DNA of 46,577 nucleotides from Octopus bimaculoides. Taxonomy: Eukaryota. The DNA is taken from assembly GCF_001194135.2 (NCBI RefSeq), contig NC_068987.1:59191773-59238349 (forward strand), in the 5' to 3' direction. Position numbers and translations under genes: made by a program. The notes under the pieces are model-generated. The model searched no databases and was not told the origin of the DNA. It saw only the letters and a program-made list of their open reading frames with translations. This document shows, one piece after another, positions 11,904 through 24,300 of this stretch; within the stretch, counting starts at the first letter, position 1, and each line of letters starts with the position of its first letter.

Positions 11904-13189
11904 CAGAGTGTTCCAAAATTAAGGCAACCAACTTTTTTCAATTTTGCCAAAGCAAAATATTGTTATATTTCAGGTCTGAGTATTGCAATGCGATGGTAAA
12001 GGAAACACAATTATAACACTACCACATTTATTCGATATGACCACTTCTGTTTTGAATTAGAGCCTTAAGTCTAGGTGCAAATGCTTCACACATAGAATGC
12101 AGCTGTTCTTGAAGAATCAAAGCCAATTCCTGGCACAGTTTTGCCTTCAGAGCATCAAGCAAAGCATGAGGAGTGCTCGAGACCCTCGTTTCTAAAATGG
12201 ACCAAACAGAAAAATTTGATGGGTTGAGATCGGGGCTTCTTGAGGGCCATACATCCTTGCCTTTGAACAACGGAATGTTTTTTCTAAATACAGTTTTGTG
12301 TCTGTTTGGAGCTGTGGGATGGTACTGAGACCTGTTGGAGGTTCCAAGGTGCGTCTTGAAAGTGCTCATTCACTCATGGAAATAGTTCAACTTCCAGAAT
12401 GTCACTAATGTATTGTTGAGTGTTAATTTTAACCCCTGGGGGTACAAAAATGAAGGGAGACCTTTCAGTGGCTATCACAGCTGCCCAAACCATAACTGAC
12501 TGGATTTTGACGTCGATTTATGAGTCTACTCTTCGTGGAGCCTGATACTCTCCAAAGTCAGTCATTCTGGTGGAGTACTGTCTGTTTGATGTCAAATTTC
12601 TTTTCATCAGTGAATACTGGGTTGGGTAGCATGCCTTCAGCAATCTGACACAGGATAAGATGACTTCTCCCCAGTCTCATAGCCTTTTAAACTTGCAAGA
12701 GCTCATGACGGTGGATCATCTTGTAGGGGTTGGTCCTTAGATCCTCCTTCAGCACTCAATTCATCGATGTTCAGTTTATTTTTTCTGTGGCTGCCAGTTT
12801 TCTGATGGAACAATGAGGATTTTGCCATGTATTTTCTCTAGTACTTATGATAAGCTGAGAGGTTTGCACACTTACTTTTTGGTCACATCCAGGTCAATCA
12901 GTGGTGGAACCGGTCTCTTGAAATTTCTTGACAATTTTACAGACTGCTGTTCAGTTAATTTTAAGCTTTTTTGCTATAGCTGTATTACTTTCACCTCGTT
13001 TGTGGAGGGTTATGATTGTATTTCAGTCTATAGCTGTAATCTAATTTATAAATTTGTATTTATTTAGCCTGAAACAAAAAGAGGACACACTTAAGCTTTT
13101 ATAATGATGTATAATTTTCATATCTTATCACATTTATTGATAGTTATTAAAGCCCGAAACTTTGGTTGCTCAAATTTTGGGACACCCTG
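11904..13189 (-). mobile_element. Full-length, decayed Tc1/mariner DD37D (maT) transposon
   Basis: TIRs cagagtgttccaaaattaaggcaaccaac (11904) and reverse complement cagggtgtcccaaaatttgagcaaccaaag (ends 13189), with TA on both sides. Transposase motifs VFTDEKKF, VMVWAAV, GVKINTQQYISDIL, QQ[V]..WPSRSPDLNPS[N], with 37 residues between the mutated 2nd and 3rd Asp positions after one frameshift correction. Stops and frameshifts are present. Confidence 0.92.
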
Positions 13190-13574
13190 TATATATGTGT
13201 GTGTGTGTGTGTGCATTTGAGTGTGTGTCTGTATATGTATAAAGGCATAACTGAATGCTTAAGAAGTTTGCTTCATAATCATGAGGTTCTGGGTTTGACC
13301 CCACTGTGTGTCATCTTGGGCAAGTGTCTTTTACGATACCTTCAAATCAATTCAAGTTTTGGGAGCTAAACTGGGGAGATAGAAACTATGGAAGCTTGTC
13401 AAGAGAACTATATTTATGATTCAAAGAGCTAACCATGTTGCACACTGTCACATTGAATCTGCCCGAGGGTTCTGTTAAGGGTATGTGTGTTTGTGCATAC
13501 TCAATAATTTAACAAGTTGCAGTTCAGTTAATCTAACAACTAATCTATAGTTATTGTCAAAATTAATGGGAAAT

Positions 13575-14050
13575 TATCATCATCATCATCATCATTTAAC
13601 ATATGTTGTCCATGCTGGCATGGGTTGGATGGTTTGACCAGGGCTGGTAAGCTGAAGGGCTGCACCAGACTCAAGTCTGATTTGGCATGGTTTCTACGAC
13701 TGGATGCTCTTCTTAATGCTAACCACTCTGAGAATGTATTGGGTTCTATTACGTTCCACTGGCATGGGTGCCAGTTGTGTGACACCAGTATCTGCTATGA
13801 CTATGATTTCACTTGGCCTGATGGGTCTTCTTCTCAAGCATGGCATATTGCCAAAGGTCTTGGTCATTCATCATTGCCTCTGTGAGGCTCAACGCTCGAA
13901 AGGTGCATTTTGTGTGCCACTGGCATGGGCGCTAGTTATGCAACACTGGCATCTGCCACATTGCCTCTGTGAGGTCCAATGCTTGAAAGGTGCTTTTTAT
14001 GTGCCAGTTATGTGACACCGGCATTGACCATGACTATGATTTCACTATGA
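13575..14050 (-). mobile_element. RTE-family 3' UTR with (CAT)n tail in reverse
   Basis: 'catcatcatcatttaacatatgttgtccatgctggcatgggttgga' is the reverse complement of the tail at 10550-10606. Confidence 0.8.
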
Positions 14051-14591
14051 TTTGTCATTTCTTCCAGTAAGATATAAGGATCCTCTCTTCCCTAAATGTT
14101 TTCTTGTCCAATCATTTACAGAGCATTGATTACATCTTTATCATGGCAACATCACTAATGAAACTGGAAGAAAGACAGTATGGACAAGATGTAATGGGAG
14201 AGAGACAACGACAGCTTATGCTTGCTGACAAAGGGGAGAAGGAGAAAGTCATAGAGATGGATGAGGGCAAGAGACAGTGATAAATATTCACCAGTGGCTT
14301 TGGAGAGAAAAAGAGGGATGGCAAGCAGTATAGAAGGATGATGGTAGGGTGTATCAGGTATAAATGAAACACAATTCTTTGCTATTCAGGCATCGTGATG
14401 GGAGAGAGAAGTAGGGTAGTACTGTGTAACGAGGTGTGGCTTTACCATACCAACCCTCGTTACTTGGGCGGTGTAATACAGTGAATAGGAGGTGAGTGAT
14501 AGATTAGAAGGTATTGAAGGGCTGTTGGTAAAGGTTAACCAGAACATCCTAGGTGAAAGACCCAAATGTAAAATATATATATCCCAGACCC

Positions 14592-16736
14592 CAGAGGTGG
14601 GCACCGTTAATCGAAAAGTTAACTTTGTTAATCGTTAATCTGTTAACCAAGAAGTTAATAGTTAATCCGTTAATTCTTTGAAAATGTAACGGAAGTTAAC
14701 TTTCTAGTGAAAAAAGGCATAACTACAGTTTAATACCCCACCGACTTTGTTGCCTCATAACTTCCAGAAAAACGTTCACCAAATAATCGCTTATATCCTG
14801 TATGTAAAGATTTATTGGAAAAATTTTTCTGAGGAGTTGGGGAGGGGAGTTTCGGAAAATTCACAGAACCCGACATTTCCCCCTCGTAACTTTCTGGAAA
14901 ATAAGTATTTTTTTCCGAGAAATTTTATACAAATACCTTTCAAACGGTGTAGATTACAATTACAAAGAAATTTGTTGGCAAAATTTTTGGAAAGGCGCGG
15001 AAGAGGTTTCTGGAAAAGAGAATTTCGGATCAGACGGCTCTCATAAGTTGGAATTTNNNNNNNNNNNNNNNNNNNNNNNNNNNNNNNNNNNNNNNNNNNN
15101 NNNNNNNNNNNNNNNNNNNNNNNNNNNNNNNNNNNNNNNNNNNNNNNNNNNNNNNNNNNNNNNNNNNNNNNNNNNNNNNNNNNNNNNNNNNNNNNNNNNN
15201 NNNNNNNNNNNNNNNNNNNNNNNNNNNNNNNNNNNNNNNNNNNNNNNNNNNNNNNNNNNNNNNNNNNNNNNNNNNNNNNNNNNNNNNNNNNNNNNNNNNN
15301 NGAGAAACAGTTTCGGTTTTAAAAAAAATTGCTAATAATTTCAGAAGAAAATGTGTGATTTAAGGGAGATCTGGATGCTTTTTCTAGCACACCCCCAAAC
15401 CTCCCTCCACGTTTCTTTCTCACTCACACATCCGTTGATATTTTTCAATATTTTTCTCCCTGTAAACAAATTTTATGGAATAATGATGTCAAAGTAACAC
15501 AAGTCTAGTCCCAACCGAGCGAGCCCGTGTTATGTGTGTATGTAAGAGAAAAAAAAACGCCTAAAAACACATCGTTAGTCTTCATATTAATCTGTCAAAT
15601 TTAATGCTTGGTGTCCACAATATTTGCTTGTAACTTTGTAAATTTTTTACATACAGATTTGAAATTTTGGTTTATAGTTATGTAATTTTAGTTGATCGTG
15701 GTGAGTAAATTTAACTTTTATGGGCAGGTAAATTTAATATACAGGTGTAAAAGCAATAACATTATGGATAAATACTAAAATTGAAATTCTTAGTGCATCT
15801 TACCTGTTTGATTTGTTACTAAAATTATCCCAGATGGCAACCGACAAAAATATTGCCACTTTTCAAGATGAAATATATTAATTTGAATTAATTAAAATAC
15901 AGGCCTAATCGGTACAAGCTTTTATTCTTTCGGTAAATACTTCGTACCTCGGTGTGGAATAATTTTTTTCCACAGTTTTTTTCGGGTGCATTCATTGTAT
16001 ATCTGACCTCCGAACCCGCTGCAAGCCACTTTTTTTCTGGAAAAGAAAGGTGGGAGGGGTGGTGGGGACCTCGAAGTTTCCCACCAAGGGAGTTTTGTTT
16101 GGCGGGTCTTTTTTTCTTTTCCAGGTTATTTTGCATACTTTCAACGAATGTGACATCAAAATCACGCGTAAACAGCTCCTTTTTCTAGAAAAGTAAAAGA
16201 TTTGGCTGATGTTTCTAGCATCACCTGCTACCACGTAACAGCTACTTGAGTTCACACCGAAATATTTTCCAACTTTTTTCCTTCCATTTATTTTTTCCCC
16301 TTTATGGAAGTCAATATTTTCTCTATTGACATCCACCTCAGCGAAGTCACGGATCAACTGGAAACACATCAATCTTTGTTCTCTCTTGACAGGGCAAAGA
16401 AATTTCCCGCTGTCTTTGAAAGCAATAAGCGGGTGGATTTGGTTTCAAATCCAGGTAGGGCCAAACCAGGTCCTACAAGTTATTTATAATAATAAGTGGG
16501 TTATATCAGGGTTGAAAGAATGACGCGTACAATATTAAATTTGCTAAGACAATCTGAAAACAATAGAAACTTTTAAACATTTATTGGTTTTTATGAAATT
16601 TGGGGATTAATGGAATCTAAATGTAACGAAGTTAATTAGTCCGATAATGGTTTTCAAAGTTAACTTAGATCGTTAACGAAAATGTTAACTTCGTTAAATA
16701 ACGATTAATGGATTAACGGACTTACGCCCAGCTCTG
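14592..16736. mobile_element. hAT-superfamily DNA transposon (non-autonomous or highly decayed)
   Basis: TIRs cagaggtgggca and reverse complement cagagctgggcg. 8-bp TSD ccagaccc (14584-14591) / ccagactc (16737-16744). Dense subterminal GTTAA repeats at both ends. No transposase motif recognised inside; contains an N gap. Confidence 0.85.
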
Positions 16737-16789
16737 CCAGACTCTATCAGCATCTATTTTAACGTTCGTTTTATCATGCTTGTACTGAT

Positions 16790-16980
16790 AGGCGGGTCTT
16801 TCTCCTGCACTGCATGTCGTCAATTGCGGCAGTTCTTTCCCATCTCTTTCGTGAAGCTCAGCACTTTGAGATCAGTCTTCACCACTTCATCCCACTTCTC
16901 CTAAGGTTTTCTCTGTTACAGGTTCCACCCAATTTAAGTGCTTGGCATTTCTTTATATAGCTGTTATCCTCACACGCAAG
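16790..16980 (-). mobile_element. Degenerate RTE ORF 3' end
   Basis: 'gtcttcaccacttcatcccac...ttccacc' is the reverse complement of the WDEVVK motif region seen in the other RTE copies. Confidence 0.6.
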
Positions 16981-17267
16981 TGTCAGTAAAGTTTTCTCTC
17001 CCACGCAAGTGTCAGTAAAGTTTTCTCTCCCACGCACTACATTTTAGGCCTCATATCTTTTTAATGTTTTTTCTTTTTCTCTGAGCTCATTTGTATTCCG
17101 CCGTTCATGCACATTACCGTTAACACAGTCAACGGCGTATGTTTGCTTTATTTCTTTCTAACCTTCACAAATCTACTTGTAAGACCCATGTCTGAACAGC
17201 TCACAGTATCACATTTTGTACACTAGCAATCTATCATTCACTCAGAGAGGAAAATTTTTTGTTGGCA

Positions 17268-17638
17268 GTACTCTTTTGTTTCAGTCATTTTGACTGTGGC
17301 CATGCTGGAGCACCGCCTTTTAATCGAGTAAATCGACCCCAGGACTTATTCTTTGTAAGCCAAGTACTTATTCTATCGGTCACTTTTGCCGAACCGCTAA
17401 GTTACGGGAGACGTAAACACACCAGCATCGGTTGTCAAACGATGTTTGGCGGTGCACACACACACATATATATTCGACGGGTATTCTTTGAGTTTCCGTC
17501 TACCAAATCTACTCACAAGGCTTTGGTCGGCTTGAGGCTATAGTAGGAGACACATGCCCAAGTTGCCACGCAGTGGGACTGAAACCGGAACCATGTGGTT
17601 CGTAAGCAAGCTACTTACTTACCACACAGCCATTCCTA
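17268..17638 (-). mobile_element. tRNA-derived SINE family A, full length
   Basis: Reverse complement of the 2433-2850 element along its length. Confidence 0.85.
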
Positions 17639-18949
17639 CGTAGAGACACCCCAAATTTCTAAAACCTATTTTCATAACTTATTTGCTGTTTATTTCATTT
17701 ACATTAACAATAACCACAAAACAGTATAGACGTTATTTCATTTCACACACCGACTCCTGCTTTCCTGATGTCTTATAAAATTTCAGGATTTGCGAATTAT
17801 CAAAAAAGAGAAAAAGAAAAAGAAAAAAACAACAACACAGTCATCAATATTAAAAAAGAAGTTCCAGTTTTTCTTTTCAAACAGAAAAAAAAAATTCCCA
17901 TATGACGTCATATAAGCCTTCTCTAAGATTACTGATCGAATTTAAATTTAAATTGAGAAAACAGTTATTTTAAAAGGAAAGATGTGGAATGTCGTCTCTA
18001 TTATAACGTAACAAAAGTCAAGAGAAATATTTTCTTATATTCACCTCTTGATCTCACTGATATTTTCAGTGTTTCAACAGACGCAAGCAATCGAATTGCG
18101 TAGACTGTATATTGCATATCAAATTCAAGAGGGGAATTAAACTGTTCACTAATATGTTAGACGGTCAACAAGGTTACCTCGTTTCTTCGGGTCAGCCAAA
18201 TCTATTTTTGTATTTTCCTCGGATTGTTTTTGTTTCATTAGCAACACCTAAAGCCAGAGATCGACGTAGTCTATAACCAGCAAACACACATCAGTAAGTC
18301 TACAGTCACGAAACATCGAATAAAAATTCAATAAGTAAATTGCGAGTATGAGTTTTTCCATTACTAATAAAAATGCACGCCATGCGCCCGTTCACGTAAG
18401 AGTTTTCCCTTTACTAACAAACATGCACGCGTGTACGCACATAGACATACACGAACACTCACTAATGCACGAAGTCATACAATATAGTACCTATATAATC
18501 AATCAATCAATCAAATTAACCAATTTCTCTCCCTCTACCTGCCCACCCGTCCGTGTGTGTGTACACTATTAAACAGATTCCAAAGAGGCTGATGTTGGTC
18601 GGCGTCAATAACACTTGCATCTTTTTTTTTTAGTAAAATCGAGAAAAAATGTACAGTGATCTTGCCGTGGGTAATGAAAAATCCAGCGTTTCGGACATTG
18701 TCCCTAATTAGGGAAAAGTTGACAACAGTGAAATTAGAGACAGCAGAGTTTTACATCTTCTAAGTTAGAAAAAAAAAACTGGCCGCAACTGATAAGCAAC
18801 GCAGGATCACGTGAACAGGAAGGGAAACTGTGAGAGAGGAATGGAACGAGGAGGAGAAAGCGGGTAAAGGCGACAGTGTTGTGGAGGGAGAGATGAGGTG
18901 AGAGGGAAGTGAAAGGATAAGAAAGGTTTAGTGGTAGTTTTATAAACGG

Positions 18950-21375
18950 TGAATTATCTAACTGATATTAATTTTAATGAAGCTCCAATACCAGGATGAG
19001 ATAAATGTTTTCTATGCTTTTCAGGCACAAATGGTCTAGAAAATCCTGTAGAAATATCTCATCAAATATGTGATTTACAAGAATGAATCGGCAATAATTT
19101 AAATTTCAAAGAAGTAGAACTGGAATCTTTAAATAAAGAAAATTATTTATCAGTAGTTTGATCATTAGACATTTCTTCTAAATTGATAGTACTTAATGAA
19201 CGTAATGCATCAACATTCATTCGAGAAAGTGCATCAGCTGCAGAATTTTCAACACCCTTGATTTACCATATATTCACAGTATATGGTGAAATATATTCAA
19301 GGTGTCTAATTTCTCTGGGAGAATATTTTTCAGAAGAATTTTTTAGTGCATATGTTAATGGTTTGTGGTCAGTAAATAATGTAAATGACCTACCTTCACG
19401 AAGATGTCTGAAGTACTTAATTGACAAGTAAGCTGCCAACGATTCTCTGTCGAAAACGCTGCATTTCGTTTCTGGTGCCTTGAGTCTTTTTGAAAAGAAG
19501 GATAATGGTTGCCAAGAACCACAATGAAACTGTTGTAAAACTCCACCGATTCCAACATCGGAAGCATCAACTACCAACGATAATTTTGCTTCAGGAACTG
19601 GATGGTTCAAGAGTGTTGCTTCGCATAGTTTTTCTTTTATGCTTTGAAAAGCCTGTAATTCTTCATCTTTTAAAGTTATAGCTTCATTTTTCTTTTCCTA
19701 TTCTTTAATAATTCAGTTAAAGGAAATAGACTTTCTATGCAATATGGAATGAAACGTCTGTAAAAATTAATGATTCCTAAACATTCTCGAAGCTTTCATA
19801 AAGAATTTAGTACTGGAAATTTGATAATAGCCTCAATTTTGTCTGGCAGTGAGCGAATTCCATCTTTAGCAGTGAGATGACCTAAAAAAGATATGGTGCA
19901 TTCACCGAAAACACACTTTGATGGATTTATCACTATACCATATTTAGTCAGTCTTTCGAAAATTTGTTTCAAGTGATTTTCATGAGCTTTTTTTCTGACG
20001 GACTAGCAATGAGAATATCGTCTATATTGTGTTGTTGGCACTCCGTCGCTTACGACGTCGAGGGTTCTAATTGATCCGATCAACGGAACAGCCTGCTCAT
20101 GAAATTAACGTGCAAGTGGCTGAGCACTCCACAGACACGTGTATCCTTAACGTAGTTCTCGGGGATATTCAGCGTGACACAGTGTGACAAGGCTGACCCT
20201 TTGAATTACAGGCACAACAGAAACAGGAAGTAAGAGTGCGAGAAAGTTGTGGTGAAAGAGTACAGCAGGGTTCGCCACCATCCCCTGCCGGAGCCTCGTG
20301 GAGCTTTTAGGTGTTTTCGCTCAATAAACACTCACAACGCCCGGTCTGGGAATCGAAACCGCGATCCTATGACCGCAAGTCCGCTGCCCTAACCACTGGG
20401 CCATTGCGCCTCCACTATCGTATATATAAGCAAATACAAAAAGTAAATCTCTTGTTACTTTGTCGATGAATCTCTGGAAAGTATTTGCTGCGTTCCTCAA
20501 TCCGAAAACATACGAAGGAATTCATACAACCCAAATGGAGTTGTAATTACTGTTTTTGGTATATCACTCTCTTCAACAAGAATTTGATTGTATGCTCTAA
20601 CTAAATCTATCTTCGAAAAGATATTACAACCACTTAACGAAGCTGCAAAGTCATGGATATGGGGAATTGGATATTTGTCCTCTTGTATTTTTGCATTAAG
20701 CTGTCTAAAATTTCCGCATGGACGCCAGTCTGTGAGATTTTTCTTTACCAAAACTAAAGTTGTAGATCAGTTACTGCTAGAAGGACGAATTATTCCGAGG
20801 TCTAACATGTGACGAAATTCAACCTTAGCAATCTGTAATTTCTCTGGAGATAATCTTCAGGATTTGGAAAAACTTGGTAGTCCATGGGTTACAATGTGAT
20901 GAATGACTGAATGAACACATTTGGTGTTTGGAGCTAATAGTTTTGTAAATTCATGGTAATTCTTCAAAATCCTGTGATAACTATTTTCGGAGGACGCCAT
21001 AAAATATAACGGACTAATTGTCGCGTTCCTGCATCTCACGCCTTGAATGTTCAATGAAGTAACCGTGTCTATTAATTTTTGTTTCTTTACATCTACCAGT
21101 AAATTGTTATGTGAAAGGAAATCTGTCCCCAAAATAGGATAAGGCAAATCTGCTACGATGAAAAATCCACTTATATTCTCTTCTTAAAGGCAAATCTAGA
21201 GTTAAACTAATTTGTCCAAATGGACATCAAACTGATTAACTGTGTTAAATAAGCAGGCTTGGGTTTCTCTTTTAAAAGTTTAGTATGCCAAATGGAACAA
21301 GCTGCTCCTGTATCAACTAAGAATCTTTGTTTGGAGATAGAGTCAAATATGAAGAATACACGACTTTTTATGAAG
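18950..21375 (-). mobile_element. Ty3/Gypsy (CsRn1-like) pol pseudogene: protease, RT, RNase H, start of integrase
   Basis: Minus-strand FLVDTGAACS (protease); PILGTDFL; WRPCGNFRQLNA..DKYPIP..FSKIDLVRAY..TPFGLYEFLRM; YIDDILIAS; VDASDVGIGGVLQQ..WQPLSFFSK..FTLFTDHKPL; NSAADALSR; LSHPGI. Many stops and frameshifts. Confidence 0.93.
20028..20415 (-). mobile_element. tRNA-derived SINE inserted in the Gypsy RT, with 12-bp TSD
   Basis: Minus head gtggaggcgcaatggcccagtggttagggcagcgg...ggtttcgattcccag (A and B boxes) and CAA-rich tail. TSD tatcgtctatat (20016-20027) / tatcgtatatat (20416-20427). Related fragments at about 1475-1615 and 13410-13540. Confidence 0.88.
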
Positions 21376-21377
21376 TT

Positions 21378-21747
21378 TTAGGAGAGTGGGTTATATATCT
21401 TTAGATATACACCTAACTTTCCTATATTAAATTGGAAGAGAACTGAACGCAGAAACTCCAAACTGATCAACAACAACAAATATTTATTGTGCGGTGGAAA
21501 ATAAAACAGCTACCAATCGTCCGGTTTTAGAGTAGCCTGAAATGTAGATATACGGTTCCTCGAGCTGGTGTCGTTGTAGAGACAACTTGGTTCAACCACA
21601 CTCAAATGGGAGAGCCGGCTTAGACGTCTTGCTTGGTCGCTGTCTGGCTTGGTAAAGAGACAGTCTAATAGCGGGAACGCTTCGATGTTGAAACCCACGC
21701 ATGCGTGGTTAAGGATTCAGCAATGGCGCCTATATGACGTCACTACA
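21378..21747 (-). mobile_element. 5' LTR of the Gypsy element
   Basis: Starts TGTAGTGACG on the minus strand and contains AATAAA. Shares blocks cacgcatgcgtgg, aagcgttcccgct, tggagtt..gcgttc and ataacccact.tccta with the LTR at 35037. Confidence 0.75.
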
Positions 21748-24169
21748 GTGTTGTCCACAGATTGCGTCGCGTCTAATCTGTAGTTGAGAAGTTTCCCGAC
21801 TTTTACTTTGTCATCAATTTATAACGCGTTCGAACTTGGAAAAGATCATAAATATAGATGTTTATTGAGTTGGAATCTATAGTGATAAACCCGTCACTTA
21901 TAACTTAATTAAAAGTATTATCACTATACATAAATCTTAACTCAGGCTGCATAAACGCCGTGATGAATTATACACAGCAAGACACTGAACGTGCATGTAT
22001 GTCGAAGATAAATAAAGCTCACTTTTCGCCACTATAATAGCAGTTTCATAATTGCAGAAATAAATTTCATTAACAGGTTGAAGAAAATGAAGAAAAAGAA
22101 ATTATTTACTAAATTAGTTTATTTACGTACATTTAATATNNNNNNNNNNNNNNNNNNNNNNNNNNNNNNNNNNNNNNNNNNNNNNNNNNNNNNNNNNNNN
22201 NNNNNNNNNNNNNNNNNNNNNNNNNNNNNNNNNNNNNNNNNNNNNNNNNNNNNNNNNNNNNNNNNNNNNNNNNNNNNNNNNNNNNNNNNNNNNNNNNNNN
22301 NNNNNNNNNNNNNNNNNNNNNNNNNNNNNNNNNNNNNNNNNNNNNNNNNNNNNNNNNNNNNNNNNNNNNNNNNNNNNNNNNNNNNNNNNNNNNNNNNNNN
22401 NNNNNNNNNNNNNNNNNNNNNNNNNNNNNNNNNNNNNNNNNNNNNNNNNNNNNNNNNNNNNNNNNNNNNNNNNNNNNNNNNNNNNNNNNNNNNNNNNNNN
22501 NNNNNNNNNNNNNNNNNNNNNNNNNNNNNNNNNNNNNNNNNNNNNNNNNNNNNNNNNNNNNNNNNNNNNNNNNNNNNNNNNNNNNNNNNNNNNNNNNNNN
22601 NNNNNNNNNNNNNNNNNNNNNNNNNNNNNNNNNNNNNNNNNNNNNNNNNNNNNNNNNNNNNNNNNNNNNNNNNNNNNNNNNNNNNNNNNNNNNNNNNNNN
22701 NNNNNNNNNNNNNNNNNNNNNNNNNNNNNNNNNNNNNNNNNNNNNNNNNNNNNNNNNNNNNNNNNNNNNNNNNNNNNNNNNNNNNNNNNNNNNNNNNNNN
22801 NNNNNNNNNNNNNNNNNNNNNNNNNNNNNNNNNNNNNNNNNNNNNNNNNNNATAACCAAAATTTCAAGAAAGTGAGTGTCGGGGAAACGAGTGACAACCA
22901 ACGAACACTGCAAGTGAGTGTCGTGGAATCGAGTGACAGCTAACGAACACTGATTAATCTCCCAGAAATCGGAGTTTTTATAACAGCTCATACCTGAATT
23001 TCTCTTTGACGAAAGTTTAGAATTCAAATATGGGCAGTAATTTTAACCAATGGGAAACTAGCAATTATACCTATTCGGGCAACATGACCATTACGTCATA
23101 TTACCACCGATAAAGATTTATTATGACTTGCGTTGCTACAATAGTAATGGTGTAGTGGTTGTGGTAGCATGAAATGCGGCTTAAGGTTTGATAATGCTAC
23201 GTCTTCTATTAAATAAAATCAGGATGGATATCAATAAGCAAATTCCAAAGCAAATTGCTGCTGCTGACCGCACAGAAATATCTATTACCATCGCTAAAAT
23301 TAGATACGGAAAACTGGTAGGACATTAATAATTATCAATACATTGTATAGATTCAAATGCTCATAAAAATGAAGATAAAAGGTTAGAAAAACCTGAAGCA
23401 TAACATCAAAAATTCCTGTTACAATTCTGTTTAAAATGTTGGTAAGACGAGAAACATATCATCAAGGATCCCGGTTATGATTCTGTTCAAAATATTGAAG
23501 TTGTAAAGTGGAATGAAACTGCTCTCACATCAAGATCCAAAACTGTTCTCGTTTTGTCGACTTTACTAAAAAAATTACAAGTCTTGCCGACGCAGATCAA
23601 CCCTTATCTTTCTGGACTCTGTTTGATCGTATATACCTTCTCAATTCTGCGAACCATCTTTTATCAGTATTTCCAACTGAAATTTGTACCACACCAACGA
23701 AAGGAATCTTCTATCTTTGTTCTCCTCTCCTAGTTGTTACCAGATCGCCTTATGATACTTAGCTATAATTTAAATAAATAAACGAATAAACCCACGCTTT
23801 TGTGAGTTATTTAAACTTTCTTGGATGTGTCTTCACCTCAGTATCATTCCACGTAGTTTCAAACTGAATTTGCATCCATCTCTAACGTCGTATCATTCAA
23901 CATGAATAGCATCCTCACAACGTTCTTAACATCATCGCTTTTTCTTCAAAATGACTTATGCAAGTCAGCATCCGCTTCTAATGCATCAAACGCGACCATC
24001 TGACACAGGAGCTCACTGACTACCACCCTCTTTTTTTCTGCTCTTTGCTCTTCAACGCAACTTTATTTCAATATATCTTCAGATATGGCACCTCGATAGC
24101 AAACTTTACGACTATTTTGTTTCTCAGTAAAAAAAAAAAATGTCTACCCATGCTAGCGTACCACTTCTC

Positions 24170-24300
24170 CCCCACCAATTACATCAGTGGTTTATACCAC
24201 CCCCAGAGATCTACTTTTCATGGACGGTGAACGGGCCCTCCTTAGCAGAGGTCTAAATTTTATCCGCCTGCAAGACCAACTGATACTAAGTATTTCCTCA
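24170..24300 (+). mobile_element. Penelope-like element fragment (region upstream of RT)
   Basis: Encodes DGERALLSRGLNFI, resembling the PLE 'E..LLSxGLNFxP' motif. Short, so only moderate confidence. Confidence 0.55.

Noticed and set aside
12595-12615. CTGATGA on the minus strand
   Set aside because: It is the TDE codons of the maT transposase, with no GAAA or stem context for a hammerhead.
14625-14700. Short GTTAA-rich repeats that might suggest a CRISPR-like or iteron array
   Set aside because: Irregular subterminal repeats of a hAT element, mirrored at the other end; no repeat-spacer periodicity, and the context is eukaryotic.
20330-20415. tRNA-like sequences with A/B boxes (also 2433, 11402, 44588)
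   Set aside because: They are heads of multi-copy SINEs, continuous with SINE bodies; no complete cloverleaf gene is supported.
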